From Octopus bimaculoides (taxonomy: Eukaryota), in contig NC_068983.1 in NCBI RefSeq assembly GCF_001194135.2, forward strand, positions 85,252,172-85,285,200: a stretch of DNA of 33,029 nucleotides, read 5' to 3'. The notes beneath the pieces are model-generated. The model did not search any database and had not been told where the DNA came from. It saw only the letters and a list, made by a program, of their open reading frames with translations. This document shows positions 12,511-25,544 of the stretch, in pieces; within the stretch, counting starts at the first letter, position 1; the number at the start of each line of letters is the position of its first letter. Both the position numbers and the translations under genes were made by a program.

Positions 12511-12907
12511 CTATATATAAAGTTGCAAAGTTATTGATAATGCATGTTGTATTTGTCTTTCATCTTCAGCTGTTATCCAACTTTTGATAGGGGGACATCT
12601 GCAGGAAAATGACTATGTATGGCAGGTAATTATTTAACCAATCACCATAATGGAATATAGGAATAGCAGTATATCACAGAAATTTCTTTAAATGATGATT
12701 AAATGAGAGAAAGTGTACAGTTTTGTGTAGAAACACTTTCTAAGAGGAAAGTCAGGTTAATTAATGTAACTAATGATGAAGTGAAGACAATGATAGCCAT
12801 AAGAAGTAAACAAGTGATTGTTTGTTTGTTTATCTTTCTAATATCACTTAGAGCAAACCTATTGATACCCACCCCACCAAAAAAAAAATTAATTATAATG
12901 ACATATG

Positions 12908-12910
<3 letters not shown>

Positions 12911-12992
<82 letters not shown>
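12911..12992. repeat. (GA)n microsatellite; other simple repeats at 2114-2158 (GA), 8830-8920 (AAC/AAT), 12470-12508 (TA), 13590-13622 (TG), 25480-25555 (AAT)
   Basis: Directly visible. Confidence 0.97.
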
Positions 12993-12997
<5 letters not shown>

Positions 12998-13588
12998 AGG
13001 CACAAAACTCTTAATGTTTGAGGATATCGAAATTTAAAAAAATAAAAAATTGACATCATATGTCTTGTTATGGAGAATGGAGAATTTAATGATAGAATGC
13101 TGGAAATAAGTCTGACTTTCAGAAATTTATAAAAATATTCCATTGAAATAGATTACAAAAAAATAAATAAAAATAATAATAATAATAAATAAAAACTTGG
13201 AACTGGATAAACACATACACTCCAACAGCTATTAACCCGTCATGTCATTGTATTTATAATCAAGCCCTTCAAAAACCAAGCTTAAAATATACTTGTTGAA
13301 AAAAAAATGATTTGTAAGGAAGAAGAGAAGAATAGCAAACTTTACATGGCAGAACTAGAAAGGAATTTGTTAGGTTTTTTTTTTCTCTTTCAATTGTCTC
13401 TTGCTAATTAACCCCAAATATACAAACTTGAAAATGCTGATTCTTAGATCAGTCACACAATCAATGAAATACTCATGAAAGTGATCAGAAAATTATTTGG
13501 AAACCAGCTTTCTCCTCATACACACACCTAAAAACTGAATACTGGCATCAAGCCAGGAAGAAAAGCATCATAGAAAAGAACTATTTTA

Positions 13589-13625
<37 letters not shown>

Positions 13626-16600
13626 GCTCTATCAAGTAAAGTGTGTGTTTCTATGTAGTTAATTTCTTCAAAAGAGCAGCTTAATGTTTTATCAGGCTTA
13701 CAAGCTAGAGTCATAAAATTTATACCTAGCACAATGAAAAAGGACAACAACTGGTTTTCTGACACTTGGGTGAAATTCAGTCGCCATGTACCAAATATTA
13801 CCTTAGCTTCTAATATTTATTTTTATATTGCAGTTGGTGAACATTAGTGTCATTGGTTGCAGGTTACACACAAGCCAATCAGGAATTCATTAAATTTCCA
13901 ATGGTGAGAGTGACAAGTGAGTGTCTGTAAACTTGATGCCAAACAAACATCACAGAAAACTTCATTTGAAAAGCACTATTTTTTAAAAAATTTCTTGCTA
14001 ATATTGACATCTTTTACTGGTACACACACACACACTATGTATGCTTGTGTGTATTTGTAGCAAGGTTTTGTAGGAACCTGTGTGTATACCAACAGAAGTA
14101 AGCAGTTGAAGAACATCTAGATGTCTCTATAGGTTACTCTAAGGTAAATATATACACATTTTCTTAATGCTGGATCATATGAGATTCTTTCTATTCATTT
14201 ATTTCATATTGACATTGGTCATAGTTCTGACTAATTTCTCTTTAGTGGCAGTGCACTCTCATAGAATAAATGTCTGTATCAGAGAGACTGAGGTGTCCCT
14301 TGTGAGGTTTGTGTGTGTTTACTTATCATAAGCATACACACATGACAGTCTTCTGCAGATTTTCCCTCAAACAAATTCTGTTTATATATTAGTCAAACCA
14401 AGGTTATGATACAAGACACTTGTCCAAGGTACTATGCAGTGGGTTAGAGCCAAAAATGAACTTAAACCGAGTAGTCAAGCCTGTGCTCACATTTCAATAT
14501 AGTAAACTAGATAAGTTAATAAAACATTAAAAACCCACTGTCTGGAAGAAAGTTGGTCTTCGTTTAGTATTCCAACAATAAAAAATGCCTTCAGCAATAG
14601 AAAGAATTCATCCAAGCTTGTAGTATTATAATGCTATTATATGAAGAAACTCCATACCACTGTAGTCACTTGGAAATCTCAGATCATCTCAGATTTCAAA
14701 AGTAAAGCCTGGAAACCTTTCTGTTCATTAAATCAATCTAGAAAACCTGAGACTACTAGACTTTCAAATAACTTGTACCACAGAACAAGTATTCTGAAAC
14801 AACTCTTTTGGCTGGCAACCTGAGCAATAGGTATTAGCCATTGAAATATTATCATCACCATCACCAATATCACAGAAGTTAATCTAGAACAGAAGGAAAC
14901 AAATCAAATCAAACCCTATGAAAAAGTAATCAAAGTTTTACATGAAGTAAAAGAATAAGAATAGTAACTTGAATCTATAAATTAAGTAGAGACAATAGTA
15001 GATATAGCAAACATTCTTGAATGAAAGTCTCATGTCAAAAGTAAGGAGAAATCTAATTTAACAAAGTTAATCTAATAATTATTGATAAATGCCCAAAATC
15101 TTTACTAAAAACAAATACCAGTGTTTGATGCCAAATTTGGTAAAAATTAATATTATAACAAATTACAAATCAACTTGTAAATAAACTGATCAAAGGAAAT
15201 TTCCAAGCAAATTAAAGAAATAAACAATTTAAGGAATTAACCCTTCCTGTAAGGTGGAAAAATGAAAGATAGAGCATGCCTCAGACATTTTAGAAAGTCA
15301 GAACAAGGAAATGTCTTGAAGATAGAGCAAAATTTAATGTCTTCTTTAACTGTATGTTAAAGTATTTTATACACATTGCCATAACCTTTTTAAGCCTCAA
15401 AATACAAATCTACATACATATATATATATACATATGGCCCAGCTAATAGGTTTACATTTATACCATAATTTTCAGTGAACAAAGCTGCATAACAAAATGC
15501 TTCCATGGTATCATAGAAAAGATGCATTAAAATGAGAATAGGACAGGTTGATATACTTCATAAGTATACAGACAATCAGTGGAAGAACAATGCATTTCAA
15601 TAAGTTTCTATTTGGGTCAACGAGAAATACACACATATATAAACCTGCATAAAAGAAAATGTTCAGTGCCACCTAAACTATAAGAGAGAGTCTTTTCCCT
15701 TTGTATAATAGCCAGCAATTTCTCGATTGCAAATGAGGCAAATGAGGCACCTATATAGATTTCATACAAAGGTACAAAAATATCACATGTTAAGGGGATT
15801 AAGAAATAGGTTGTATGACATGCATGTTTTTCTCCAGGTTATATCAATGACTAATAAAACTATACATGCATAAATATAAATACATATACAGGGAGAGACA
15901 CTTATTCAAAAGTAAATCCAAGGGAATGTATATGAACACAAGCACAAGGAAAACAAAATGAAAAAGAAAATGTAAAAAACTTGTAAATCTAAGCTTTAAA
16001 AAATATAACAAGTCAAACGGGATGTCTCTAAAGTTCCTTTTAACATGACTACTACTGACTATGATAATGCAACATTACTAAATAATAGATTGAAAGTAGT
16101 CAATTCCAGGTAAAAAAAACTTTCAATATTAGAGATAATTATAGAGAATAAGGTAAATAAAAAATCTTGAATGTAGCACAATCAGAATAGGAATATGTCC
16201 ATGGTAACTTCCAGTAGCAACATAGTGTACACTGGAAAAATAGCACAGCTCTAGAAACATCAAATTTCAATAATTAAGATCAAAACAAAATTCCTGAGCA
16301 CAATTTCTGGTACAAATCTGAAACTACAAAAACACTGCCTGATCAAAAGACTCATTTAATTCATTTACTTGTATGTGTAAGGAGGATGAATAAAATCCTC
16401 AACTACATTATACATTTGACATAAAACAGAGCATTTAGTTTGTTTTGATGTTGGGATCATCACTACTACTTCACAGTCCAGGAATGAAACATCCATTAGC
16501 AAACTTAATAGAATATAGGCACATGGTTTTGAATCAAGAAGAATGAAAAACATATACTGTATTAAAAAATTTTTTCCCCCTCTTAATTCCAACTAGCTAC

Positions 16601-17334
16601 AACTAGAACCAAAGAAAGAGCTTACAAATAGATATCATTTCTACTCCTTTGTACTCTCAGTCTCAACTGAAATTAAAGACGAAACAAGCCTTCATTTCAA
16701 TGAATTTAATAAATACTTTTTAAATGAAAACCAGAACAAGAAAAAAAGTAAGAGGTAGAGAAATACAGAAAAAAAGACAAATAAGTAAAAAGGGAAAAGA
16801 ATATAGTGAACTTTGCTGCAAGAAAGCTTCTAAAAGGTGTATACTAATTTATACAACTGTAATGAACCATATTTTAGACATACTTTAAATAGATGCAATG
16901 GCTTTGATATTTGTTATAATCTTAAATAACAAGACAATATTCAGTCTAAAGCATGATATCCAGCAGTCTAGAGTCACAGACATGAAAAAAAAAAAATAAA
17001 TAAACAACAGAATATAAATAAAGGCACCACATATTAAATAAAAAAATAAACTAATTCTTATATCTATGTGTTATGCATATAGAAAAGAAGCATTGGTCTA
17101 ACAAACACGCAAGTCATATCAATTAATTAATATAGGGATTGATTAACAGATTTTTCTAAGTTATACACAAGGTAACTTGAATTTTTCAAGTGTTTGGTTT
17201 TAATTTATTTTAAAAATTAAACTCAATCAAAAATTTATTTTTAAAGAAATGTTCATGTATAAAATGCCAATTAAGACAAGAAAAGGTATGATTCCCCACT
17301 CAACAATTTCCCACCTAATGATAATAATGAAAAT

Positions 17335-17820
17335 AATAATAATAATTTTAGGAAAAGGGGCTCATCAATTACAGTGCCNNNNNNNNNNNNNNNNNNNNNN
17401 NNNNNNNNNNNCCTAACTGGTACTTTATTTTCTCGACCCTGGAAGGATGAAAGGTAAAGTTGTCCTTGGCAAGCTCTGATCTCAGAACAAAGTTTTGAGA
17501 AGAGTGGGGGAAGTCGAGTACATCAACTCCAGTACTTGATTGGTACTTATCTTATCGACCATAAAAAAGATGAAAGGCAAAGTTGACTTCCGCAGAATTT
17601 AAACTCAGAACATATAGCCAGAAGAAATGTTACTAAGCATTTTGTCCAGTGTGGTAACAGTTCTGCCAGCTTGATGCCTTAATGATAATGATAATATTAA
17701 TAATGATGATTTCAAATTTTGGTACAAAACCAGCAATTTTAGAGGAAGTGGTTAGTCGATTAGATTAACCCCAGTACTCCAAAAGGACAAAAAGCAAAGC
17801 CAACTAAACTCAGAGTCAGA
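17335..17820 (-). mobile_element. Cluster of 3-4 family-A SINE copies
   Basis: actggtactt..ttt.tcgacc, ggatgaaagg.aaagt, cagaatttaaactcagaac motifs plus (AAT)n tracts. Confidence 0.8.
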
Positions 17821-19332
17821 AGTAATGTAATGCAATAATAATAATAATGATAATAATAATAATAATGATGATAATAATAATAATAATGATAATATTTAAA
17901 AAAAAAAAGCAAAGCAAGTATGTTGCTTTAATGTTCCTCTATAAAAAAAAAAAAAATGACAGTATAAATATTCATGAAGACGAAATCTAGTCACTATCAA
18001 AAAACAAAGTAAATTAAATATTTTCTATCTTTTCTTTTTCCAAACAAATAGTTTCTTCACCTTTTCAAATATCAACAACCTGAAACCACTTCTGGTCTTA
18101 AGATATTAATTTTCACATTTCTAAAGTGCTCAATATTTAAATAATAATGTTGTATAATAATTTTATAAGAGCCTTTTGGTGTGTTCCAAACACCAACTTA
18201 GCAACACCAATTAATAAAAATGTTAATTCAGTTAAATTAATTCCAGTTTTTAATTATTTTCAAAAGTAATTGAAATATAAACAGTACATTTCATTAGGAA
18301 TATGTTAATGATTTAAATAAATGGAGACAAAGAGATTTAGAATAATACTTTTTAAAATCAAACTTAAGAGAAAATTACTTCTATTTATCTTTCAACAGAA
18401 ACAGATTGGTGAAATGGTTTTGATATGACACACATGTACAAACTGCTAGCAACCTTGAATGAAGAAAAAGAAACAGGATTGCAAGTTTTATAAACTATGA
18501 TACAATGTCCAGCAGTTGATTGTCTGCCAAGGATCATCTACTCAACATTACCTATATATATTATGTAAATGAGTCATGTTAAACAGTATTTAAGATAGCA
18601 TATGAATATGAGTAAAGAACACTCTAAATATGAAATGAATAGTTTACGAGCATCATGTCTAAGTAAATATTTAAATATTTATCTTAGTGTGTAAAAAAGA
18701 AAAGAAATATTAAAATCTTTAAAATAATGGAGGTGACTTGTTTTACAGTTTTGCTAAATTTCCAATAACAGAAAATACAACCAAAATAGTTTGAGAAATT
18801 TAAATAACTCATGGCTATCAAATTTGAGTGCTACCAATGGGAATGGGCAAAAATTAACCAAAAATCTTTACAGTCACAACAATGTAAAAACTAATCTACA
18901 AGGAAATGGGAAAATAAACTGTAATTAAGAGCCTTATGAAACAAAATAAAAAATTGTTCGGAGGGGGAGGGGTCAATGAATTATATTAAGGACATCTAAC
19001 ACAGATTGTGTAATTATCTAATAGAAAAGAAGGCAGTTTATATAGAAGAAAATCTTAAATTCGTATTTAACTTTTTATTAGTTTAGATTATACTATTTTA
19101 CAAGTTTCAGTTACTGGACTGTGGCTATGCTGGGGGGGATTACCTTGAAGGATATATTTTTTAGTCATATCATCCTCAATATTTATTTCAGTTTGATTAT
19201 CAATTTATCAATATATTTATTGAAATAAGTAAATTAACTTCATATATACACTTGCTATTATGAGCCAATGAGGTAGCCTCAACAAGGTTGGTCGACCTGA
19301 AAGAAACAGCAGGCAAATTAATGTAGTCTTGA

Positions 19333-19415
19333 AGAGATGACAGGATGGCCAAAGCTGGAATGTCTTTGATCAAAGGTTTGCTCAACTGGGGGGGTCAAAC
19401 AACATTTGCTATCAA
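19333..19415 (-). repeat. Short interspersed repeat; related copy at ~26285-26375 (plus)
   Basis: Reverse complement reads gttgtttgaccc...gagcaaacctttgatcaaagacattccagc...ccatc, similar to tttgtttagctcc...gagtagatcagtggtcataagtattccaacc...ccatc. Confidence 0.45.
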
Positions 19416-20689
19416 CTGTTTGAACAAGGAAACATTCACTAGGCTTGATCCTTCAGCACACTCAAACCAAGCAAGAAACAGTTGTTGAGCCAATTTTGAT
19501 ATTTCAAAAGTAATAGTAGCAACAATAAGAAGAATCAGTTCATTAGCCACAAAGGCAAAATCATAGAGAAAACAAGACTAATAATTGTCATAATATATAT
19601 ATATATATATATATATTCCACAATGCTTGTGCAAACTACAATAGATATGTGTGTGTGTGTGTGTGTGTGTGTATATACATATATATATACACATATATAA
19701 ATTTTGTAGGGCATTCAAGGTTAGGATCTAATCTGAGATCAAATACTATACCAGGTAATACAGTCCATCTGTCTTTCCCTTGATATAACTTTGTTATAAG
19801 AGGGTTCATTAGTGTCTCCTTTCTTGATATCTATATGGCAATTATTTCGGAATAAGTTCAAGACAAATACAGAGTTAGCCTTTTATCACTAGGCAACAGT
19901 CCAGTCATAAATACAAGAAAGACTTATATCTTTCAGGATACTATCTTGCCTCCTTTCCTAACCCATAGAATAAAAAAAAACAGCAAAAATAAAAAAAGAA
20001 AAAAAAAGAAAGAACAAAAGAGAGAAAGAAGAGTAAAAGATGTAGGAGCAATAAAATAACTAGGAATAAAGGAGGCCAGATATGAATGAAATACGAGTTT
20101 GTTGGTTTGAATATTAAATATATAATTTACTGTTAAAAGCATGTATGTAAACAACCCGCATATGTAAATTTAACAATCAGGCAGCAGACATCATTTTCAC
20201 TCACACACATCATGCAGCAGGCCCCTGAAGTAATCTGATCCACTCTAACAGACAGGTGAGGAAAAAAAAAAATCAAAAAAATCATTGGATTGTAAGTAGA
20301 GAGAAAGAGAGAGAGAGAATAAGTTGCAAAAGAGGTGTGGAGAAAAGGAAACGTATAAGAGGAAGGAGGGGGAATCACGGCAGATGGGAAATAAGATAGG
20401 GGTGAGGGAGTGACATGGTGGGAGAAGAGGTCTTCCTTTTTCTTCCTTTTCTTCTTAGAATGGCAACTGTATTTCTGTTATTTGTCCTCTGCAAGCAACA
20501 AGTCTCAGCAAACACTCACCCAGTCCACACCCAGGTAGAGAAGAAATACAAGGTTGCTGCGCTAGTGGCATTCCCTTGCAGTTGTAGCACTTGCTGTTTG
20601 GTGACAAAAGGTTGTCGTCCTCGGGTGACGGGTTTCTCGACGTAGATCCTGTGGCATCACTGAGCTTTGTGTTTTCCTTCCACTTGTGC

Positions 20690-20924
20690 GCGCATTCATT
20701 CATTCATTCATTCATTCATTCATTCATCCAGTCGTATGCTCGTTCATTCAAACCATTCATTCATGCTTGCTACAAGTAACATATTTATATAGATATAGAT
20801 AGATTCACATACATACATACAAGATACAAGTGTATATGTATGAATGCGTGTATGTATGTGTGTATGTGTATATATATATGTATATATGTGTGTGTGGATA
20901 TATGTGTGTGTATATACACATACT

Positions 20925-21020
<96 letters not shown>

Positions 21021-21067
21021 CACACATACATAATATATATCATGTGTGTGTGTGTGTGTGTGTATAT

Positions 21068-21098
<31 letters not shown>

Positions 21099-21278
21099 TA
21101 CTTATATATACATAATCATTTATAACTCTATATATCTTATATAATTATATATATATTTATTAAATATAATCACATTTATATATATATATATATATATCAT
21201 ATATAATAGATATATTCACACACACATATACATGCATACTGTTATACATATATACACATACATAATTATAGGTGTGTG

Positions 21279-21334
<56 letters not shown>

Positions 21335-21380
21335 CATACACCCACACATCATATATAATCATATATATATGCATATATAA
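20690..21380. repeat. Large compound simple-repeat block, (TTCA)n + (TA)n/(TG)n/(CA)n, in the presumed FBXL 3' UTR
   Basis: Directly visible; begins ~70 nt downstream of the stop codon on the minus strand. Confidence 0.95.
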
Positions 21381-21448
21381 TTACATGTTGATATAAGTAG
21401 AGATTTCATCACAGTACATCGTTGGTCAGTAGCTTTGCTAGCTAACTG

Positions 21449-21556
21449 TCAAAGTATTACACAACAGCGACAATATCTTTGTCGCCCTCCCCCAACTGAT
21501 GGGGGTGGTGTCACTGGTGCAAAATATGCATGAACTTTGATGGCTGGCAAATGATT
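21449..21556 (-). CDS. FBXL20: FBXL20/FBXL2-like F-box/LRR protein, last coding exon: NHLPAIKVHAYFAPVTPPPSVGGGRQRYCRCCVIL*
   Basis: Acceptor ctttcttttcacag; phase 0; TGA at 21451-21449. Nearly identical to the vertebrate FBXL20/FBXL2 C-terminus (KVHAYFAPVTPPPSVGG.RQR.CRCC.IL), with a CaaX box. Confidence 0.97.
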   Translation of the reverse strand, partial: NHLPAIKVHAYFAPVTPPPSVGGGRQRYCRCCVIL

Positions 21557-21654
21557 CTGTGAAAAGAAAGAAAAAAAACAAAAACAATCTTAGTGTTACA
21601 GTTTAGATAGATTAGAACAATTCAAATTTTCCTTCTTAATTAAAATCTTACTGC

Positions 21655-22060
21655 TGGTGACACATGAAAGGCACTCATTCCACATAAAGGGCACCTGTGT
21701 TGGTGACATGTAGGAGGGAACCACGCTGGTGATGAGTAGAAGGGAGCCATGCTGGTGACATGTAAAAGGCAGCTGTGACACGTAAAAGACACCCATGACA
21801 CATAAAAGGCACCTGTGCTGGTGACATGTAACAAGGAACTGTGCCAGTGACTTGTAACAGGGAACTGTGCTGGTGACATGCAAAAGACACCCAGTTCACT
21901 CTATGGAGTGGTCAGCGTTAGGAATGGCACCCAGCCATAGAAATCAAGCCAAAATTGACTGGATCTTGATATAGTTCTCCAACTTACCAGTCTAGTCAAA
22001 CCATCTAACCCATACTAGAATGGAAAATGGATGATGATGGTGGTGATGATAACGATGGTT
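21655..22060 (+). mobile_element. Family-D SINE-like repeat with an internal tandem array of GTGCTGGTGACATGTAA-like units
   Basis: About 8-9 degenerate GCTGGTGAC-containing units at 21655-21890, then ggagtggtcagcgttaggaatggcacccagc...aaaccatctaacccat...(GAT)n tail. Similar copies at 22465-22640 (+), 24040-24215 (+), 28820-28870 (-) and 32810-32990 (-). Confidence 0.75.
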
Positions 22061-22179
22061 GTGATGAAGTGGTGACATAATTACAGATGGTACAGCTCCA
22101 GATGCTTGGAAAGCCTCACAGGATTTAATGTTGGCTTTTTTTTCATTTACTAGTTTCAGTGCATTGGAATATAGCTATG

Positions 22180-22425
22180 TTAGGACACTGCTCTCAAGAG
22201 TATTGTATAGTATGGTTTACCCACCCACTTTTTCTGCTCCTTTGTCCTATTTCTGTCTCCCATATTCACCTTGCACCTAGACCTCAAGTCTCTCTCTAGA
22301 AAGGGAAGCCATGTATTCACTTCTTCAACGAGATACTTGTTCACGTCCTTCAATCCTACTTCCACGTCCCTCAAAACTATACCTCTCTCAATTGAAGAGG
22401 GTCTTGTTCTGTTGGCACTTAATGA
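22180..22425 (-). mobile_element. Possible non-LTR retrotransposon coding fragment in an FBXL intron
   Basis: Open protein-like frame SLSANRTRPSSIERGIVLRDVEVGLKDVNKYLVEEVNTWLPFLERDLRSRCKVNMGDRNRTKEQKKWVGKPYYTILLR; no usable splice sites seen. W.GKP....LR loosely recalls the post-RT WK.KPLHG..LR motif of R4/Dong-type elements. Family uncertain. Confidence 0.4.
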
Positions 22426-22998
22426 CTACACCAATTCTGGTGCCACAAAATATAAAAAAATAAAAAAGCACCCAGTACACTCAGTGAAATGGTTGGCATT
22501 AGAAAGGGAATCCAGCTGTTGAAACCTTGTCAAAGCAGACATTGGAGATCAGCACAGTTCTCTGGCTCTCCAGTTCATGTTGAGCCATCCAATCTATGCC
22601 AGCATGGAAAAGGAACAATAAATGACAATGGTGGTGGTGGTGGTAGTGGTGATTATACAGGCCCTACTATTTAATTTTATTGACAGGTTTGTTTTACTAG
22701 CTTCAAAAAGATGAAAAGCAAAAAATACAAAAAGGTCAACAGAATACCATTCATATGCAAGCTTACAATGAAATAGCATAATTCATACTGCATTCAGCCA
22801 CACAATTGTTGTGTCATTATTCATACAAAGATACAAAACAGTAGCAATAAGTAGCAATAATCTACTCACAGACCTACCACTCAATATCAAAACTACCATC
22901 TACACACAGACATATCATCCAATATAACCATCTACACAAAGAGCTATCATCCAGTATTGCTATACAACCATCACAAGACAATTATCCAACAAACTTAC

Positions 22999-23211
22999 TT
23001 TTAATCTGCGAATACCAGGTTTAGTGATTAATTGACAATCATAGAGCTCTATTCGCTGCAGGCACTGGCAGCCAGTCAAATGTTCTAGGGAAGCATCCGT
23101 GATAAGAGGGCAGTTGTCCAGTTCCAAGACAGATAGGTGTTCAAGAGCACAGGCACTTGTGCCTAAATGACGGATTCCATCATCAGTGACAAGTTCACAG
23201 TGGGAAAGACT
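22999..23211 (-). CDS. FBXL20: FBXL20/FBXL2-like exon: SLSHCELVTDDGIRHLGTSACALEHLSVLELDNCPLITDASLEHLTGCQCLQRIELYDCQLITKPGIRRLK
   Basis: Acceptor tttcttctcttctcag, donor gtaagt; 213 nt, phase 0/0. Cysteine-containing LRRs matching FBXL20 (SLSHCELITDDGIRHLG...ELDNCPLITDASLEHL...IELYDCQ). Confidence 0.97.
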
Positions 23212-25229
23212 CTGAGAAGAGAAGAAACAAAAATATAGAAATCACCACTACATTAACAGATATTGTAGCTGCTTAGATGCAAATCATACCTCGTTCTGCA
23301 GAAGGTATTCCAGGTATGACCAAGCAATCTTCTATTAATGGACCATGTAGACATAACTACATTTTCAAAGGTTTCCTTCTTCTTTATGATGAGAGAGAGA
23401 GAGAGAGAGTGGTTAAAGAGTGATTTAGTTATTCACTCTTGAACAGTTCCTTCCCTAGGAGTTAAAGTAGATGCCATTCCAGGATGACTTAATCAATTAA
23501 ACCTATTTTTAGAAGATCAAATAACCAAATAGAGGTTCCCTCTGGATGGTTTTAGCATGTATTAACATGTACCTATTCTTTCATCTAGTATAGAATTGGA
23601 AATACCTGCCAAGAGAACTACCTCACCCTTCCAATTTTGCCTCAATTTTTTTTTTTTAACAGAAGATATCCTTTGACTCTCTATTAGGAAAAACAGTAGA
23701 TTGTTTTTTGAGTTTTTTTTTCTAGTACAAATGTCTTTTTTCGTGTGTGGGGCAGTTATAGTACACAAGCCAAATTATGTTTACTGAATGCTTATTTCTT
23801 ATCTTTATCATGTCAACATTCACTGTTGCAAGCATTTGAATCAAACCCCTGGCTCTCTCTTGATCCACGTTTTTGTTAGAAACATTGATCATGGTGAGCA
23901 TTAGCTGCATCAATCATATCAGTTTTTGGAGAACTTGTAAAATAGCTCGGACATATCTCTTCTTACATCTCCTTAAACTTACTTTAGATCTTCCAAATCA
24001 TTCTAATTACATTCTTCATTAACTCTTGACCATCTCCCCAGGCCAGTGGCATGTAAAAAGTACCCACTACACTCTCAGAGTGGTTGGCATTAGGAAGGGC
24101 ATCCAGCTGTATAAACTTCACCAGATTGGATTGGAGCCTGGTGCAGCTGTCTGGCTTGCCAGCCCTCAGTCAAACCATCCAACCCATGCCAGCATAGAAA
24201 ATGGATGTTAAATGACAAAAACGATTCCATGCCATCTATCATACTATGAAACACTAAAAACTTTGTATATAAAAATGCCACTGAAGCAACAAAATAGTAA
24301 AATCTTTAAATATTACTGCAGGTTTAATGGTTTTCTACTTTTGTAACCATAAAGGCATTTCAACTATCATCTAACTATCAGCCCCTAAATATAGGTTGGA
24401 GATTAGTAAAGTATTTATAAAGTTTTTTTATCAAAATCTACTGCATAGTGTTATTGCACAGCACAGTAGTGCCACTAAGTCCACTTCGCCCATTATCAGG
24501 AACAGCTCAGATATCCTTGAAGGAAGAAGAAAACCTTATTACCAATGAGAATAGGTGACAAAGAAAGACAGGAGTAGACTGATATTCCTGCTCCTGCAGC
24601 AGTCAAAAACTGTTGAAGTTGGATCGATAAATGGAAGAATGAAGTCTTAAATGCTTTTTTTACCTTTTTTGCTACGTTTAGCCAAGTTTAGAGAGTGTTT
24701 GACAATTAAGAATCAGGTAAAAAATACATAGTATATAAGTCTACTGCACTGTGATGATACTTGTCTTGAGTCGATAGTCTCAGTCCAGTAAGCTGTAAAA
24801 TGCTATCATAAGTACTGATCCATACTGTAAAGTGTTTCGTTAGGAGTTCAAAGACTTCCAATGGACAAAGAGAAAGCAGTAGGATGTCACTCCTCAACAA
24901 AGCATCACATTAAAATCTTTCCAACCATCTCAGTTATATACAGCTTGTAATTCTGATCAAGCAACATGTGAGATTTATAGTATCCAATAAAATGTCCCAG
25001 ATTAAACTCACAAACATCTAACAATGAACAACAAGGAATTCTACAATACTGACAAAGTTTTTGGTGCAGATCTAGCATTTGCCAAATAATCAATATCTTT
25101 TTTTTCTTTTTTCTCCTTATCTTTTTTTATTATATAATCCTCTTTAGGATTAACAATGGCCGTATGGATAACACAGTTTGTTTGGAAACAAGGAGAAAGA
25201 ATGCCAATCAATAAAATTCTCATACTTAC

Positions 25230-25286
25230 CAGTACTGTAAGACGCGGACAGTTCATAGCTAAACTTGCTAATGTAGCATCTGTTAT
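25230..25286 (-). CDS. FBXL20: FBXL20/FBXL2-like exon: ITDATLASLAMNCPRLTVL
   Basis: Acceptor tttatcttttaaactcag, donor gtaagt; 57 nt, phase 0/0. Matches ITDSTLIQLSIHCPRLQVL. Confidence 0.95.
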
Positions 25287-25479
25287 CTGAGTTTAAAAGA
25301 TAAAGAAACGAAAATAAAAGATGCTTATTTTATATTCAAATGACATGTTTTAATCATGTCCATAAAAATGTTCTCCATTCAAAACAATAAATCTGACAAT
25401 ATTAAGTTTCTTATCAGGACAGCAAGTTGCCAGAAATGGTAATGTACTTATTGTAATTTTACTGCTTTGCAATAACATC

Positions 25480-25544
<65 letters not shown>

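Noticed and set aside
21596-21899. HQH/VTS-repeat ORFs
   Set aside because: Translations of the SINE-internal minisatellite; not a CRISPR array (degenerate units, no unique spacers, eukaryotic context).
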